64,000 nucleotides of DNA from Octopus sinensis (lineage: Eukaryota), in assembly GCF_006345805.1 (NCBI RefSeq), contig NC_043004.1, forward strand, positions 78,802,001-78,866,000. The letters are read 5' to 3'. Positions 48,358 through 62,082 of this stretch are shown here, piece by piece. The position numbers and the translations under genes are program-made. The notes below the pieces were generated by a model, which was given only the letters and a program-made list of their open reading frames with translations, was not told where the DNA came from and did no database searches. The first letter of the stretch is position 1; every line of letters starts with the position of its first letter.

Positions 48358-48624
48358 CATTTTTTTACATTATTTACATTTGACGGATATTTATCCTCAC
48401 CTTGTTTGTTGTTAACACAATGTTTTAGCTGATATACCCTCCAGCCTTCATCAGGTGTCTTGGGGAGATTTCGAACATGGGTTCCCATTCCTAAGGTATT
48501 TTTCCATGTTATTATTATTATCATCATCATCATCTTTATTATTATTATTCAGGTCACTGCCTGGAATCGAACTCGGAATCTTGGGATTAGTAGCCCGCGC
48601 TCTTAACTACTAAGCCATATGCCC
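48358..48624 (-). mobile_element. tRNA-headed hammerhead-bearing SINE, copy 2
   Basis: Homologous to 36342..36601; core CTGATGA intact, GAAA decayed to AAAA. Confidence 0.8.
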
Positions 48625-50694
48625 GTATAGAACTGTAGCATCAAACTAGTTTGAAATTATCGAAAAGTTCTGGTTGTTTTCGGAGTCTAGATTGCGTAAA
48701 ATCTGGCATTTCTTTCCTACGTGCGAAAGTGTGGCTGATGTTTACACAGCAATTTTTAATTCAAATCAAATCAAAGTAAACGGGATTTCTAGGTCATATA
48801 TACACAGTCACCATATTCGAGAAGAGAAAAAAAAAACCGATGTCAGATAAAACGCGACGAGTTACACGCCCCATTTGTACATCCAGTGTAATCCTTCCGC
48901 TTTCCCCTTCTCCTAGCACTCCCCAAAACTCACCTCCCCCGCCACCGATTAACACATATTTTCATACAAGCATATATATATTTGAATACATATACATACA
49001 CACATACGAACACACACACACACACACACATGTATGTATATATATTTATGTATTTATGTATGCATGTGTGTTTGTATGTATGTATGTGTGCTGATGTTTC
49101 CATTTTAAATATACAACAGCTGATGTTCTGCGTGGGTAGCTCTAAAGGCTCGTTTCGACATGGCAGTCCATGTAAAAACAACAAAATCCACCATCGTTTG
49201 CTTTCCAGCAATTTAAGTGATTCCACCGGTTGCCGTTTGCCATAGGTTCATTATGTCTGCCGATGCCGCCGCTATTTGTTGTTTTTATTGCATGGAATGT
49301 TATGGAATCTTCTAGACGAAATATAAAAGAGTGGATAGCTTTGATATGCTTTTGGTGTTATTGTTGTTGTTGCTATTTCATCATCTTCGACACCTGGATA
49401 TTACTGTCTCCAATGCTAGGCACCATGGCGCCAGTAACGCGGAGATCACAAAATTCCCGCCTTCAGAACAGAAAATCAACCCGTTGCAGAGTTATTCACT
49501 TACAGTTCGAACGAATTGAAGTAATGTGAAATTAAGTGTATTTGTTGAAGAACACAACGCAAAGCTCAGTCTGGAAATCGAAACCACGAACTGTTTCTGG
49601 GTGATCAAGTCATTGCAGAAGGCAGCTGTTCCCCATGCAAAGGAACTGACAGTACTGAAAAGGTGGGTATGTTTCTATGTTTAATAAAATCAAAATGGCT
49701 TCCAACATTGCGAACTTGTCTAACATTATGACGAAGAAAGGAAGCCTTACGTATCAACACATCTAAGTTTTGCAATCTCAATAATAAAGAGTGGGAGGAC
49801 GTTAATAAGGGAAAGCGTGAGCAATTTCATTTATATGTTTTTGACGGGATCTAGTACTTGTCAACTTGAGAGTCACTTGTGTAAGAGGATCTCCCGGGGC
49901 TCTCCACTGTTGGGTTGTTCGAAGTCCAAATTCCACCGAGGCCATCTTTGCTTTTCATCCCATATGTGTGCAAATAAATGGTCAAACGTGACCGACAGAG
50001 GTCCTACTTACATACGTACATACATACATACACACATAATACATACATACATACATACATACATACATACATACACGCACACGCATACACACACACGTGC
50101 ATATGTGTAAAATAATTTGGTAGGGTGAATAACATGTAGTGTGGAGAGTGATTGAAGGAAAATATATACAAGAATATCTGCTACTGGAACAGTTGGAAGT
50201 GATATGGGCACCAGTACACTTGATATCAAGAAATCTATATTACTTATTTGAAAATTTAATTTTAACTAATTACAGTTTTCATTTCTAAATTATATAATTA
50301 AAGTGATAAGAAAAAATCAATAAAGTTTAATTAATTAATGAAATCATTAAATCAATAGGAGTACGACGATAACTTTTATGATGTTTCATTCTTATTAGGC
50401 CTCATCCACAAAGCAAGATATTTGATTAACTAAAGTATAGTAATTTCGAAGATTTTAGAGTTACAGTTAAACTGGAATAATTGTTGAGCTCAAAGACGAC
50501 TAGAACAGGTATAGATCAGGATCATCAACTTATTTGCCATTACATTCCAGAGCCTCGCAGAGCTTGCAAAGTCAGTGACCACAGCTCGTCTTGCAGATGA
50601 AACAAAGTTCTTAAAAAATCACTTGTATTGAATTATTGATCTAATAAAGTAAATTACTATTATTGTTTTCTATTTGAATAGTTAATTATTGATT

Positions 50695-50900
50695 TCAGAT
50701 TTTGACACGAGGCCAGTCATTTTGGGGGCGGGTGTAAGTCGACTACATCGACCCCAGTACATAATTGGTACTTATTCTATCAACCCCAAAAGGATGAAAA
50801 GCAAAATCAACTTCGGCGCAATTTGAACTCAGAACATAAAACCAGAAGAAACACTGCTAAGCATTTTGTGTGGGATGCTAACAATTCTGCCAGCCCACTG
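50695..50900 (-). mobile_element. SINE family A (short form)
   Basis: ATCGACCCCAGTAC..TTTGAACTCAGAAC..TTCTGCCAGC. Confidence 0.75.
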
Positions 50901-51418
50901 CCTTATTTAAACAACAAATTACTGATAAAATGTGATTGGTTCTAAAATAAACTAATGCTTTAGATAAACCGATGGATGAGGAGTTGCTTGAAATGACGCA
51001 ACTCGTGTATATGAGAGGTGGTTGCTTTATAAAACAAACAAAACGAAACAAAAACCTCTAAAAATGCACAAACAACCCTGACATTATAGGCACAGGCATG
51101 ACTGTGTGATTGAGAAGGGTATTTTGCAACCACGGGGTTTTAGGTTTAGTCTTAGTGCGCGGCACCTTGGGCAAAATGTCTTCTGTTATAGCCCCGAGTC
51201 TACCAATGCATTGTGACTGAATTTAGCAAACAGAAACTGCGTGAAAGTCTGTCGTATATATATATATATATATACAAAAAGCAATAAAGATTCAAGTTAA
51301 TTTAAATGAATTTACTTGAATATGGTACCTAACTTAGATGCACCAAAAAACTATACGTTTTAACAATACAGTAATGTGGGGTGATTATAAGCGAGAAAGA
51401 AGCAACAAGAATGGATAG

Positions 51419-51511
51419 TTTTTAGGTACAATCGTTTCATACAAGGACAGGCTTTATTAAAAGTTGCAAAAATTGCAGCATATAAACGTGTCCCGTACTC
51501 ATCAGCTAAAA
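51419..51511 (-). ncRNA. Type I hammerhead ribozyme candidate (left arm)
   Basis: Mirror of 51761..51851 with one extra C 3' of the GUA triplet. Confidence 0.6.
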
Positions 51512-51760
51512 TACATGTGAGTTCTCTAGACATCCTAGTGGTTGAGGCTATACTCATGAAGTAATGTAGATATTAAGTAACATAAAGATTTCCAAAGTTC
51601 ATTAAAGTTCTTTAAAGATGATGTACAGTCTTATCACAGAATTTTAAAAAGGTTTTAAGAACTTTAATGAACTTTGGAAATCTGTTATGTTTACTTAATT
51701 ATCTACATTACTTCATGAGTATAGCCTCAACCACTAGGATGTCTAGAGAACTCACATGTA

Positions 51761-51851
51761 TTTTAGCTGATGAGTACGGGACACGTTTATATGCTGCAAT
51801 TTTTGCAACTTTTAATAAAGCCTGTCCTTGTATGAAACGATTGTACTAAAA
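51761..51851 (+). ncRNA. Type I hammerhead ribozyme candidate (right arm), canonical core
   Basis: Stem I UUUUAG/CUAAAA; CUGAUGA (51767..51773); extended stem II GUACGGGACA/UGUCCUUGUAU; GAAA (51834..51837); C-GAUU-G; GUA triplet at 51843..51845. Confidence 0.75.
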
Positions 51852-51978
51852 AACTATCCATTCTTGTTGCTTCTTTCTCGCTTAATATAATATATATATA
51901 TATTATATATATAATATATTATATACATACATACATATATATCTTATATCTATATCTATATAATAATATTATACCTAC

Positions 51979-52070
<92 letters not shown>

Positions 52071-52280
52071 TTACAATATGGCTGCTTTTATTACCTTACA
52101 TCATATAATAACTATATTTTAGCGTATTGTTATAAACTAATTTGAAAGCCATATAGTGTATATGAATATGTGACTATACGCACAATATAGTGAAAGTACG
52201 TGAAAGTATGTGCAAATCTATTTATACGCATGCGCGTGCATGTGTATGTATGCATGTATTTATGTATATGTATGTATGTG

Positions 52281-52326
<46 letters not shown>

Positions 52327-52363
52327 CATATTGTGTGTCTTTGTGTATATTTGCGTATACATG

Positions 52364-52468
<105 letters not shown>

Positions 52469-53240
52469 ATATGTGTGTGTGTTTTTGTGTGTATTTGCGT
52501 ATGAACGTATGTATGCGAGTGTGTCTGTGTATGAATGTATTTGAATAACTGTTGACGAGATACATTTCCCTCTGGAGACGCTATTGCGTATGTACATTCA
52601 TTTATAATTTCCTCAACCAATGGGCATTGGTTGATTAATTTTGGAACTCTATGTTTATTTTATATTCGTAAATGACCATGAATGAACCTGTATTTACACA
52701 TCTTTATATATATATTTCTCAATATTAGATATTTTACTTTTGTTATTTACTTATTTTACATTTATATTATTTATTTGAAATTTTCTTCATTTTATTCTTT
52801 ACTTTACCTTATTACCCATTATTATATTCTCAATGATCCGTTAACCCTTCACCCACACATAACAATAAAAATAATTACCCCTTATTTAGTCTGCTTACAT
52901 GAACGGAAAAGATCGGCATGTAATATCTTCATGTATATCTTTTTCCCTGATGAAATTATGCTTATAACCCACGATGGCAAATTTAAAACATAAATTAGCA
53001 ATGTACCTACTGAGCATTAATGGAAACGGCTGTAAGAAGTAAAGATTACCAATTCTTTGATGATAAATAATTATCATTATCTTAACTCTCCATTTTCTTT
53101 CCTTCATTTAACTGAATATTAATTTTATTCTTAGCCTATACCTATTGATTTAATTTTCCTAAAATACCGTGTATAGAGCCAGTATTTCCTTGGATGTAAC
53201 CATTATTTTACGAGGTTAACTTATCCTCTAAGCAACTCTA

Positions 53241-53288
<48 letters not shown>

Positions 53289-53581
53289 GTGCGTGTTCCT
53301 GTCTTCTGCGACAGCAGACTGCATCTGAACTCAGAGAAAAGGGGCCGAAATAGACACCTGGAGGAATGCTACCTGACGTTCTAGAAAATCCGATTTGTCT
53401 ACGGCCCTGGTCCACTGCTTTATTTATCCGCCACAAAATGACTGACAAGCAAAGTGTCATCGGTGGCATTTGAACCCACTAGGCAGAGAACCAAAGCAAA
53501 TACCACGACGTTGTCTACGGACCGGATGGCTTAGTGCCCGGGTCATACATACATACATACATACATACATACATACATACA

Positions 53582-53612
<31 letters not shown>

Positions 53613-53993
53613 GTACGTACGTACATACATACATACATACATGCATACTTACATACACAAACACACATATATATACATACATATGTGAATACATATACAT
53701 ATGTGTCTATATCTATCAATATATACAACAATAAGTTTATATATACATAAAAATGCATTTGTGAGTATATATGTATAGATATGTATTTTTCAGTGTATAT
53801 ATATATTATATATATATATAATATTATTTATTTATTCATATATATACATATATATATGTATATATATATACATATATATATAAATATATCCATATATATA
53901 TATATGTATGTATGTATATATATATTATTTATATATATATACACATATATATATGTATGTATGTTGTATGTATTATATATATTTATATATATA

Positions 53994-54027
<34 letters not shown>

Positions 54028-54114
54028 CGTCGTGGGAAAAGGTGAATAATCAAAGAATCCATTAACAATAAATGACATGAGAATATTACATAAAAAATAC
54101 CTGACTTCTAAATA

Positions 54115-54146
54115 TACAACAGCAACAACAGCAGCAACAACGACAG

Positions 54147-54178
<32 letters not shown>

Positions 54179-54245
54179 ACAGCAAGAAGAAGAAGAAGAA
54201 GAAGAACAACAACAACAACAATAAAAACAACAACAACAACAACAA
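54115..54245. repeat. (CAA/CAG/AAG)n trinucleotide repeat
   Basis: Direct. Confidence 0.95.
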
Positions 54246-54599
54246 TAGGTCCCAACCGGAGATGAAGCAAATATATTATAATGCAAAATAGAAGAGAGTT
54301 TCAGCCGAAACTTGTAAGAATGCTGAGCTCAGCAGATCAAGTTCTACAAGTTTTTCCCACAACTATTTAAAATTAATGAATATAAAGTCTGGATTCTTCA
54401 TCCGAGCTTTTTCTGAATTCTATGGCGAACGTCGGGGTGTTTTTGTTTTTCTGAATTCTATGGTAATATAGAGAAATGCCGAGGTGTTTGGAATAGGTGG
54501 GATATGTCGGGGCGTTTTAGAATGCGAAGACTTTGTGGTTTTTATTGAGAATGTGAGGAATAAATTGTCTGGACGTCATTGAATAAGTTTTATGCAAGT

Positions 54600-55150
54600 C
54601 ACCACGTCTCACACACACACACACTCACACACACACACACAGACACGCACACATACACACATACATATTGACACAAACACCACGCACAAACACACGCAAA
54701 AACACAGACTTCTACGTGCACACACACTTACATACACATTGATTCACACACATACACGCACACACATATACGTATGCATGCATGCGAACCACACACACAC
54801 ACGCACACGTATACACACGTGTTCACGCACTCTTGCACTCATACACACTCACACATACATGCATGCATGCTCAAACTCGTATACATACGTACTCACACTC
54901 ACATACACTCACGCACACGAACACAAACATACATGCATGCACATACATACACACACGCACACACAAACACACGTACATTCGCACGGGCACATACATACAG
55001 ACGTACAGCTTCCACAAAAGCGCACATATATTCATGCATAATCACTCACACACAAAGGCGCTAAGAAACACGCAAATACACACACACAAACATACACATG
55101 AATATGCACACACAAACGTGTACACAGACACACACTCACACACACAAAAA
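54600..55150. repeat. Degenerate (CA)n low-complexity tract
   Basis: Direct; gives the HT-rich ORFs. Confidence 0.9.
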
Positions 55151-55358
55151 GAGTTCCACAAAATCAATTCAAACACACTTATGGCCATTTCGGGAGTTCA
55201 CTACCACGGTTCGATTACATTTAAAGTGTATCATGATAAGGGGGTCGTTGCCGTGATGCACTTTAAATGCACTTTTAATGAACTCCCGAAATGGCCACAG
55301 GTGTGTTTGAATTGATTTTGTGAAATTCTTTTTGCTCATGGACTCTAACCTACCCTGG

Positions 55359-55735
55359 AAGCACTCCGTCGGTTACGACGATGAGGGTTCCAGTTGATCC
55401 GATCAACGGAACAGCCTGCTCGTGAAATTAACATGTAAGTGGCTGAGCACTCCACAGACACGTATACCCTTAACGTAGTTCTCGGGGATATTCAGCGTGA
55501 CACAGAGAGTGACAAAGCCGGCCCTTTGAAATACAGGTACAACAGAAACAGGAAGTAAGAGAGAGAGAAAGTTGTGGTGAAAGAGTACAGCAGGGATCAC
55601 CACCATCCCTGTCGGAGCCTCGTGGAACTTTAGGTGTTTTCGCTCAATAAACACTCACAACGCCCGGTCTGGGAATCGAAACCGCTATCGTACGACCGCG
55701 AGTCCGCTGCCCTAACCACTGGGCCATTGCGCCTC
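55359..55735 (-). mobile_element. SINE family E, full length, with TSD
   Basis: CTCTAACCTACC at 55343..55354 and 55736..55747; tRNA-like head GAGGCGCAATGGCCCAGTGGTTAGGGCAGCGG. Confidence 0.9.
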
Positions 55736-56157
55736 CTCTAACCTACCATGGTTTTAAGAATTGAACTTTTTGGACGTACTCTTGTGTGAGGGGAGTAAAA
55801 AAAAAACTTTTAAAAATATTTTTAGTCGATTTATCACTAATGCTTTTTAGTATAACACCTACGCAAATTCCATAAACAAACCTTTCAATAGAAATATTCT
55901 CCTGAATTGAACTGCAACTGCTAGCCGCCACTGACCATTCAAAATACGACCATCAAGGCACTCCCAAACTTTTCCAGCCCTCTCTTCATCAACCTTCTTC
56001 TTCTACCCTACCAAGAATTCACAACGGCCTCGAACACACAAGTGCAAACAAGGGTGACAGAGAAAGGCAGAATGCCACTTATATTTGAACACTATACAAA
56101 TATTCCTTTAAAAAAACTTTTCTTTTAATTTTTCTAAATTTAATTATTTAATCGTTA

Positions 56158-56195
56158 CAGTTGAAAAGGTCTCAAAATGACCGAAACCGGTACTG
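56158..56195 (+). ncRNA. Minimal hammerhead-like motif with palindromic stem III (core decayed)
   Basis: CAG-UUGAAAA-GGUC(UCAAAAU)GACC-GAAA-CCG-GUA-CUG; ACCGGU palindrome. Confidence 0.55.
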
Positions 56196-56242
56196 AAATG
56201 TTCTTTATAAAATTATTTTAGCATTTTCTATTTTGACTTGTT

Positions 56243-56301
<59 letters not shown>

Positions 56302-56357
56302 TAAAAACGGTAAGATAACAAAAGAAAAAAAGAAACCTCAATAAATAGAGGAAATTG

Positions 56358-56582
56358 CCGTAAAATATGTGACAAAACTCTGAGTTTCGGATGCCGGTGG
56401 AATTCCACAACACCATCTCTTCGGTTTTCTGGCCATCTAAAAAATACAGATACATAGAACGACCTATCAAAAGGTTTTTCAGATGGCCAGATAACCGAAG
56501 AGATGGTGTTGTGGATTTCCACCTCGGCATCCGAAACTCAGAGTTTTATCTTGGTTATTGTATAATTGTCATATATTATTTT

Positions 56583-56586
<4 letters not shown>
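56358..56586. mobile_element. Fold-back element with hammerhead-like arms (CCGAAGA core)
   Basis: 56376..56438 is the reverse complement of 56481..56545; outer arms CCGTAAAATATGTGACAA / TTGTCATATATTATTTTACGG; flanked by (TA)n. Confidence 0.88.
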
Positions 56587-56622
<36 letters not shown>

Positions 56623-56719
56623 AATCCAAACATAAATAAGCAACAAACAACAACAAAGCGAGGACGTGGGATAAGTACAGTGTTATTGGACGCTCGGGAA
56701 AAGAAAGAAAAGGAAGAGG

Positions 56720-56754
56720 ATTTCACGTTTCGAGCGGAGCTCTTCATCAGAAAT
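56720..56754 (-). ncRNA. Minimal hammerhead-like motif
   Basis: AUUU-CUGAUGA-A-GAGC(UCC)GCUC-GAAA-C-GUG-AAAU; triplet GUG is non-cleavable, so probably decayed. Confidence 0.55.
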
Positions 56755-56823
56755 ATAGAAAGAGTCCAAAGAAGGGAAGACGGAGAAAGAAAATCGCCAA
56801 CGATACACACGCGGTCACACTGT

Positions 56824-56861
<38 letters not shown>

Positions 56862-56866
56862 ACACA

Positions 56867-56905
<39 letters not shown>

Positions 56906-56924
56906 CACACATATATCGTGGCGG

Positions 56925-57220
56925 TCCGTCGGTTACGACGACGAGGGTTCTAGTGGATCCAATCAACAGAACAGCCTGCTCGTGAAAGTAACGTGCAAGT
57001 GGCTGAGCATTCCACAGACACGTTTACCCGTGACATAGTTTTCGGGGAGATTCAGCATGACACAGAGTGTGACACGGCTGACCCTTTTGAAATACAAGTA
57101 TAACAGAAAGAGGCAAAAAGAGTGAAAGTTGTGGTGAAAGAGTACAGCAGGGTCCGCCACTACCCCCTGCTGGAGCTTCATGGAGCTTTAGGTGTTTTCG
57201 CTCAATAAACACTCACAATG
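56925..57220 (-). mobile_element. SINE family E, 5'-truncated
   Basis: Matches 55359..55660. Confidence 0.85.
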
Positions 57221-59376
57221 TTCTCGTGTTATTAAATGTCTAAATGATTGTATTTCCCAATTCCAGCCAAATCTTGTGCATTTACATACATTTACTTAGT
57301 CTTCCGTCAATATTTCGACGGCAAGTATGGTTCGCAGCATGGACATATGATTTCTCATGTTTGATATTATGTGCGTGGTTGATTCGATTACTGGAATCGC
57401 AATAATTGCGGAGAATTATCTAGAGTCGCTCGAGAGGCGCTAACTTTACTGTTGAAATATGAGTAGGAGGACGTGCAACCAAGCAAACGTTATCGGTAAG
57501 CACCCTATCGATTAGACTGGCTCTGTTATGCATAAAGATAATCAAACTATTTTATACCCACAACCACAACATTTGGAAAATTTCGAATATAATCGATGTG
57601 TGCGTGTGTGTGAAAATCTGTATTTGTGCTTGACAACTGGTGTTAATTTATTTCCGTCTCTGTCACTTGGCGATTCAGTAAAAGTAACTAATTCAAATAC
57701 CATACAAAACCCTTGAATGCGGTGCCCCAGCATGGGCGCAGTCCAATGACTAAAACAAGTAAAAGGTAAAAGATGCTAATATTCGATAAAAAATCAATAT
57801 CATTATAATATTCACAAGGGAAAAAAGGGAACAGTGAATCGAGAGAGCAATCAATGGAAAAAAAAACAATATCAGAAATCAAAATTAACTGAGAGCTTTA
57901 TGATAATTACCATTTATGTCAGGAATGGCGTGGCTTGGAGTTATTTAAACAAAGTCTATTTCTTAAAACATGAACTTTCATTACTCCTGTACACTTCTAT
58001 AAATATTCCTGAGGTATTTCGAACATTTTATGCGAGTGACTTGAACATCACCGCTAATTTCTTCGGATGTTTATACGTCAGTCACACAACGCAGCAGTAA
58101 ATATTTCGTGTACACTTAGTTTCTACCTTAAAATATCTCGACATATCTGGCAGGAAATATACTCCCTACGTCTAGTTCATTCAGAACGATGTTTAAAATA
58201 GTTTTTAAACGTTAACATTAATTTCTGTTGATTGCTATTCCTGGTTTAAAGATCAGCAATTTTATGTTATATATCAGAGGGAAATAAAAATTCTTGATAT
58301 AAATAATATGAACTCTAAAACTATAAATTTGTTAGGATAAAAAAAAAATTATTTTGGCAATCCAGCACAAGTTTTTATTTCGAGAATGTAAATTAATATT
58401 TTTATGGATATCTAATCGACTCATCTTCTATAGACTGTATATATTCATTGAGGAAGTTTTTTCTTATTTGTATTTATTTCAGATACTGGAATGCAGCCAG
58501 TATTTTGGTTCTTTTTACGTTGGTAGTAAAAGAATAAGACTTAAAATACACATTTACAAATCAAGATATAATCCGTAATATACGATGTAATATTTCATCT
58601 ATTTCGTTTTTAAATCTAAAGCCTGTAAAGTTGGTGCGTCGCCATTGTTGTTGCTGTTTCACTAGGAGTAAATCCTAAGTGAGCAGACCAAGCTATCCCT
58701 TATTGTTAGACTTATGTAAAACTAAATTTTCTACTGAGTTCTTCCCGTCTGTAAGACAACAGGACATGATTTAAAAGAAATTTAGATTCTAGTTGGTTGA
58801 GTACTACGATAGAGTTCTAATTTCTAATCTTTTCAATAACAATGGCCATTTCTATTTAGATAAATTTTCCCGCTGATTCTAGGTTTTTCAAAGGCTTGTC
58901 TATTTAACAAATTTTGAATTCGATTCACAGACCTTCTAAACTATCTTCGAGAAATCAATGGCGAGAACCGTTGAAGTACAAGAATCTTCATTTGCTTTTG
59001 TGAATTATTACCAAGGGAGCTAATTACCGTGATTAATATTGCGTCAAATATATTAAATTAATGACAAGAATCTGCTTCAGTTTACAGAAAATTAGCCGAA
59101 AGACACGAACTATAAACAAATTGGTATAACAGCTAAAGTCACCAGATTATGCCAATGTATCGCAGCTTGACTTTTAGCCTACCCTGTAAATTCATTCAGA
59201 ATATATTTTGTGTTATCAATAGATCAATTGTTCGCTTATACAATATCCTCGTGTTGTAACGGGGGCGAGTCCAATACATCGTCTCATTAATGATTTGTAA
59301 TGATACCATAAAAGATATCGTTTCCAGCTACAATTTATAGGAATGAAATTCACAAATCTTATATTAATCTCATACA

Positions 59377-59610
59377 TATTTCTTTACTACCCACAAGGGT
59401 CTAAACACAGAGAAGACAAACAAGGACAGACAAACGGATTAAGTCGATTATATCGACCCCAGTGCGTAACTGGTACTTATTTAATCGACCCCGAAAGGAT
59501 AAAAGACAAAGTCGACCTTGGCGGAATTTGAACTTAGAACGTAACGGCAGACGAAATACCTCTAGGCATTTTGCCCGGCGTGGTAACATTTCTGCCAGCT
59601 CGCCGCCATC
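59377..59610 (-). mobile_element. SINE family A long monomer with 14-bp TSD
   Basis: ATTAATCTCATACA at 59363..59376 and 59611..59624. Confidence 0.9.
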
Positions 59611-60274
59611 ATTAATCTCATACAATTTTCACATATATGATGGTATGAGAATCCCCTCCGGCATGTTTTTGTCAAAGTCATTTTAGCATTGTGAGTAACT
59701 CAGTTTTATGTTGCTTCGACATGGGATTAATTATTATTCTATAGTTTAATTCCATCCATCCCACTGCTGGAGAGATGGGATATTTTAATCACATGGCGTG
59801 TCCTAGAGGGCAATTATTAAAAGGGAGATTATCATTTGTTGATAAATCTATGTGGGATTAGAAAGTCGAATTTTAAATCGAAGACAAAAGATGATACATA
59901 GATTATATATGCTCCATGTTACTTTTTCATTATTACTAAAATCTTAAAATTTTAATCATGGGTAGTGATGTTTAGAGCCATTTCATTCTTATTTGAAATC
60001 ACCAGCATGACATAACCTGCCTCCAGATAAATTTAGCAAAGTGAAACAATTTTGCGAAGCAAGACATTTCTTATAGAGGGACTATTAATAGGTTTCTCAA
60101 GGATATTAGCAGGGCAGGTGAAGTGAAAGCTTTGCTGTCTTAGTTTCGGCTCATGTGTGGATTACCATTTTCTATGGAATTTACACCGATATATATATTG
60201 AACATAAAACAAACGTTGTCTGTTGCGCTTCAAGACAGCAACAGAACTCGTTATTTATTTAACGATGAGAAATA

Positions 60275-61565
60275 CGAGGGGCGTTCAATAAGTAATGCCT
60301 CTGACCCACTTCCCATAACAGTAGAGCAACGAAACTTGGCACAGTTATTAGTCTTTTTCTACATAGGAATCACCCAGAGTTACGCATTTCTCCCATTGTT
60401 TGATGCAGCTCTGGAGACCGTTTTTGTAGAAGACCCCAGCTTGGTCCTCCAACCTGAACGCGACTTCAGAAATCAAGGCTGCATCATCTGGGAAACGCTT
60501 TCCTTTCAAAAACAACTTCATGACTGGGAAGAGGTGAAAATCAGAGGGTGCAAGGTCAGGAGAGTAGGGGGATGGGGGAGGAGTTCATAGCCATACGCCT
60601 GTGCTTCTGATCTGGCGACAAGCGAGTTGTGGACCGGAGCGTTGTCCTGCAGGAGGAGGATGCCTTTGCTGATCTTGCTCCGCCTCTTGATTTTGATAGC
60701 TTCTCTTAATTTCCTCAAAAGTGAAGCATAATAGGCTCCTGCAATTGTGGTACTCTTTGCCAGGAAATCTGTCATCACTACTCCGTCCTGGTCCCAGAAG
60801 ACTGTGAGCATGACCTTGCCAGCGGAGGGCTGCATCCTTACCTTCTTTGGAGGAGGTGAGTCACGGTGCTTCCACTGCATTGACTGGGCTTTGGTCTCTG
60901 GATCATCGTGATGGACCCAGGTTTCATCCTGTGTAATCAGTCTTTTGAAAAATTTTGACTCATCTTCTTGACACATCTCCAAATTCACCCTCGAGCACTC
61001 GACGCGTTCTTGCTTCTGGAAAGGCGTGAGCAACCTGGGAATCCATCTGGCAGACACCTTTTGCATATGCAAATGGTCATGAATGATAGTTTCTATAGAC
61101 CCGATACTAATCTTGACCTCATGGGCTATTTGGCGAATAATTATGCGTCGATCTTCCAAAATGGCAGCCTCAACTTGACGGACAGATGCCTCATGAATGG
61201 CAGAAGGGGGCGACCAGATCTGGGAGCTGTTTCCACAGAGTTCCGACCATGTTTGAATTCACGATGCCAGAGTTTTACAAGTTCATATGATGGGGCATCA
61301 TCACCATAAGTTACTTTCATTTCATCAAAAGTCTCCCGTGGTGTGCGTCCTTTCAAATGCAAAAACCGGATCACTGCTCGACACTCAACAGGCTCCATTT
61401 CACACTTGACTTGGTTCAAACACCTGTAAATCAGAAACCACAATTAATTCAGAGCTGTAATTTGCCACTCACTCTATAGAGATATAAACAATTGCACATG
61501 CAAAATTTCAGCTAGATCAAACAAGTGCAAGTGGTTCAGAGACATTACTTATTGAACCTCCCTCG
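60275..61565 (-). mobile_element. Full-length mariner (DD34D) DNA transposon
   Basis: 30-bp TIRs CGAGGG(GC/AG)GTTCAATAAGTAATG(C/T)CTCTGA; TA TSD at 60273..60274 and 61566..61567; 1291 bp. Confidence 0.97.
60348..61398 (-). pseudogene. Mariner transposase with two frameshifts
   Basis: MEPVECRAVIRFL..RSGRP / WIPRLL..ITQDETWVH..LQDNAPVH..HPP/YSPDLAPSDF; 34 residues between D2 and D3. Confidence 0.95.
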
Positions 61566-62038
61566 TATATACCTGAAGGAATACAAGGTACTATTATCTT
61601 TTGATAAGAAATGCACGTCTCGTGGTAACAGAATATTTCATCCCGTATCTAATAATGGGAGATACATACCACGAAATTCCAGAATATCTCCTTACTTGTT
61701 TAAGGGCGAGAAATACACAGGTCGAAGTACCAGCATATTTCGTCACGTATTTAATGAAGAGGGACGTATCTAGTAAAATAATCAATCTAAGTTACACTAC
61801 AGAATATAGTTGAATGGGGGATATCGTCAACGCTTACTGATGACATAATCACTCGTTTAATTAACAAAGTACGTGAATAACAATTATGAAGTGGAGTGGT
61901 GACATACAACCACCCATACGCCTACCAACAAAAGAACTATTACAAATATAAGAGAAGTAGAAAAATGAAATGACACTTGAATAAAAGAAACCGCCACCAC
62001 CACCACCACCACCACCACAGCTACTACTACTACTACTA

Positions 62039-62082
<44 letters not shown>

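Larger units (their letters stand above)
51388..51884. mobile_element. Large fold-back element (225/228-bp arms, 44-nt spacer) with a hammerhead in each arm
   Basis: 51388..51612 is a near-perfect reverse complement of 51657..51884; ORFs 51360(-) and 51667(+) share a peptide; flanked by (TA)n. Confidence 0.95.
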
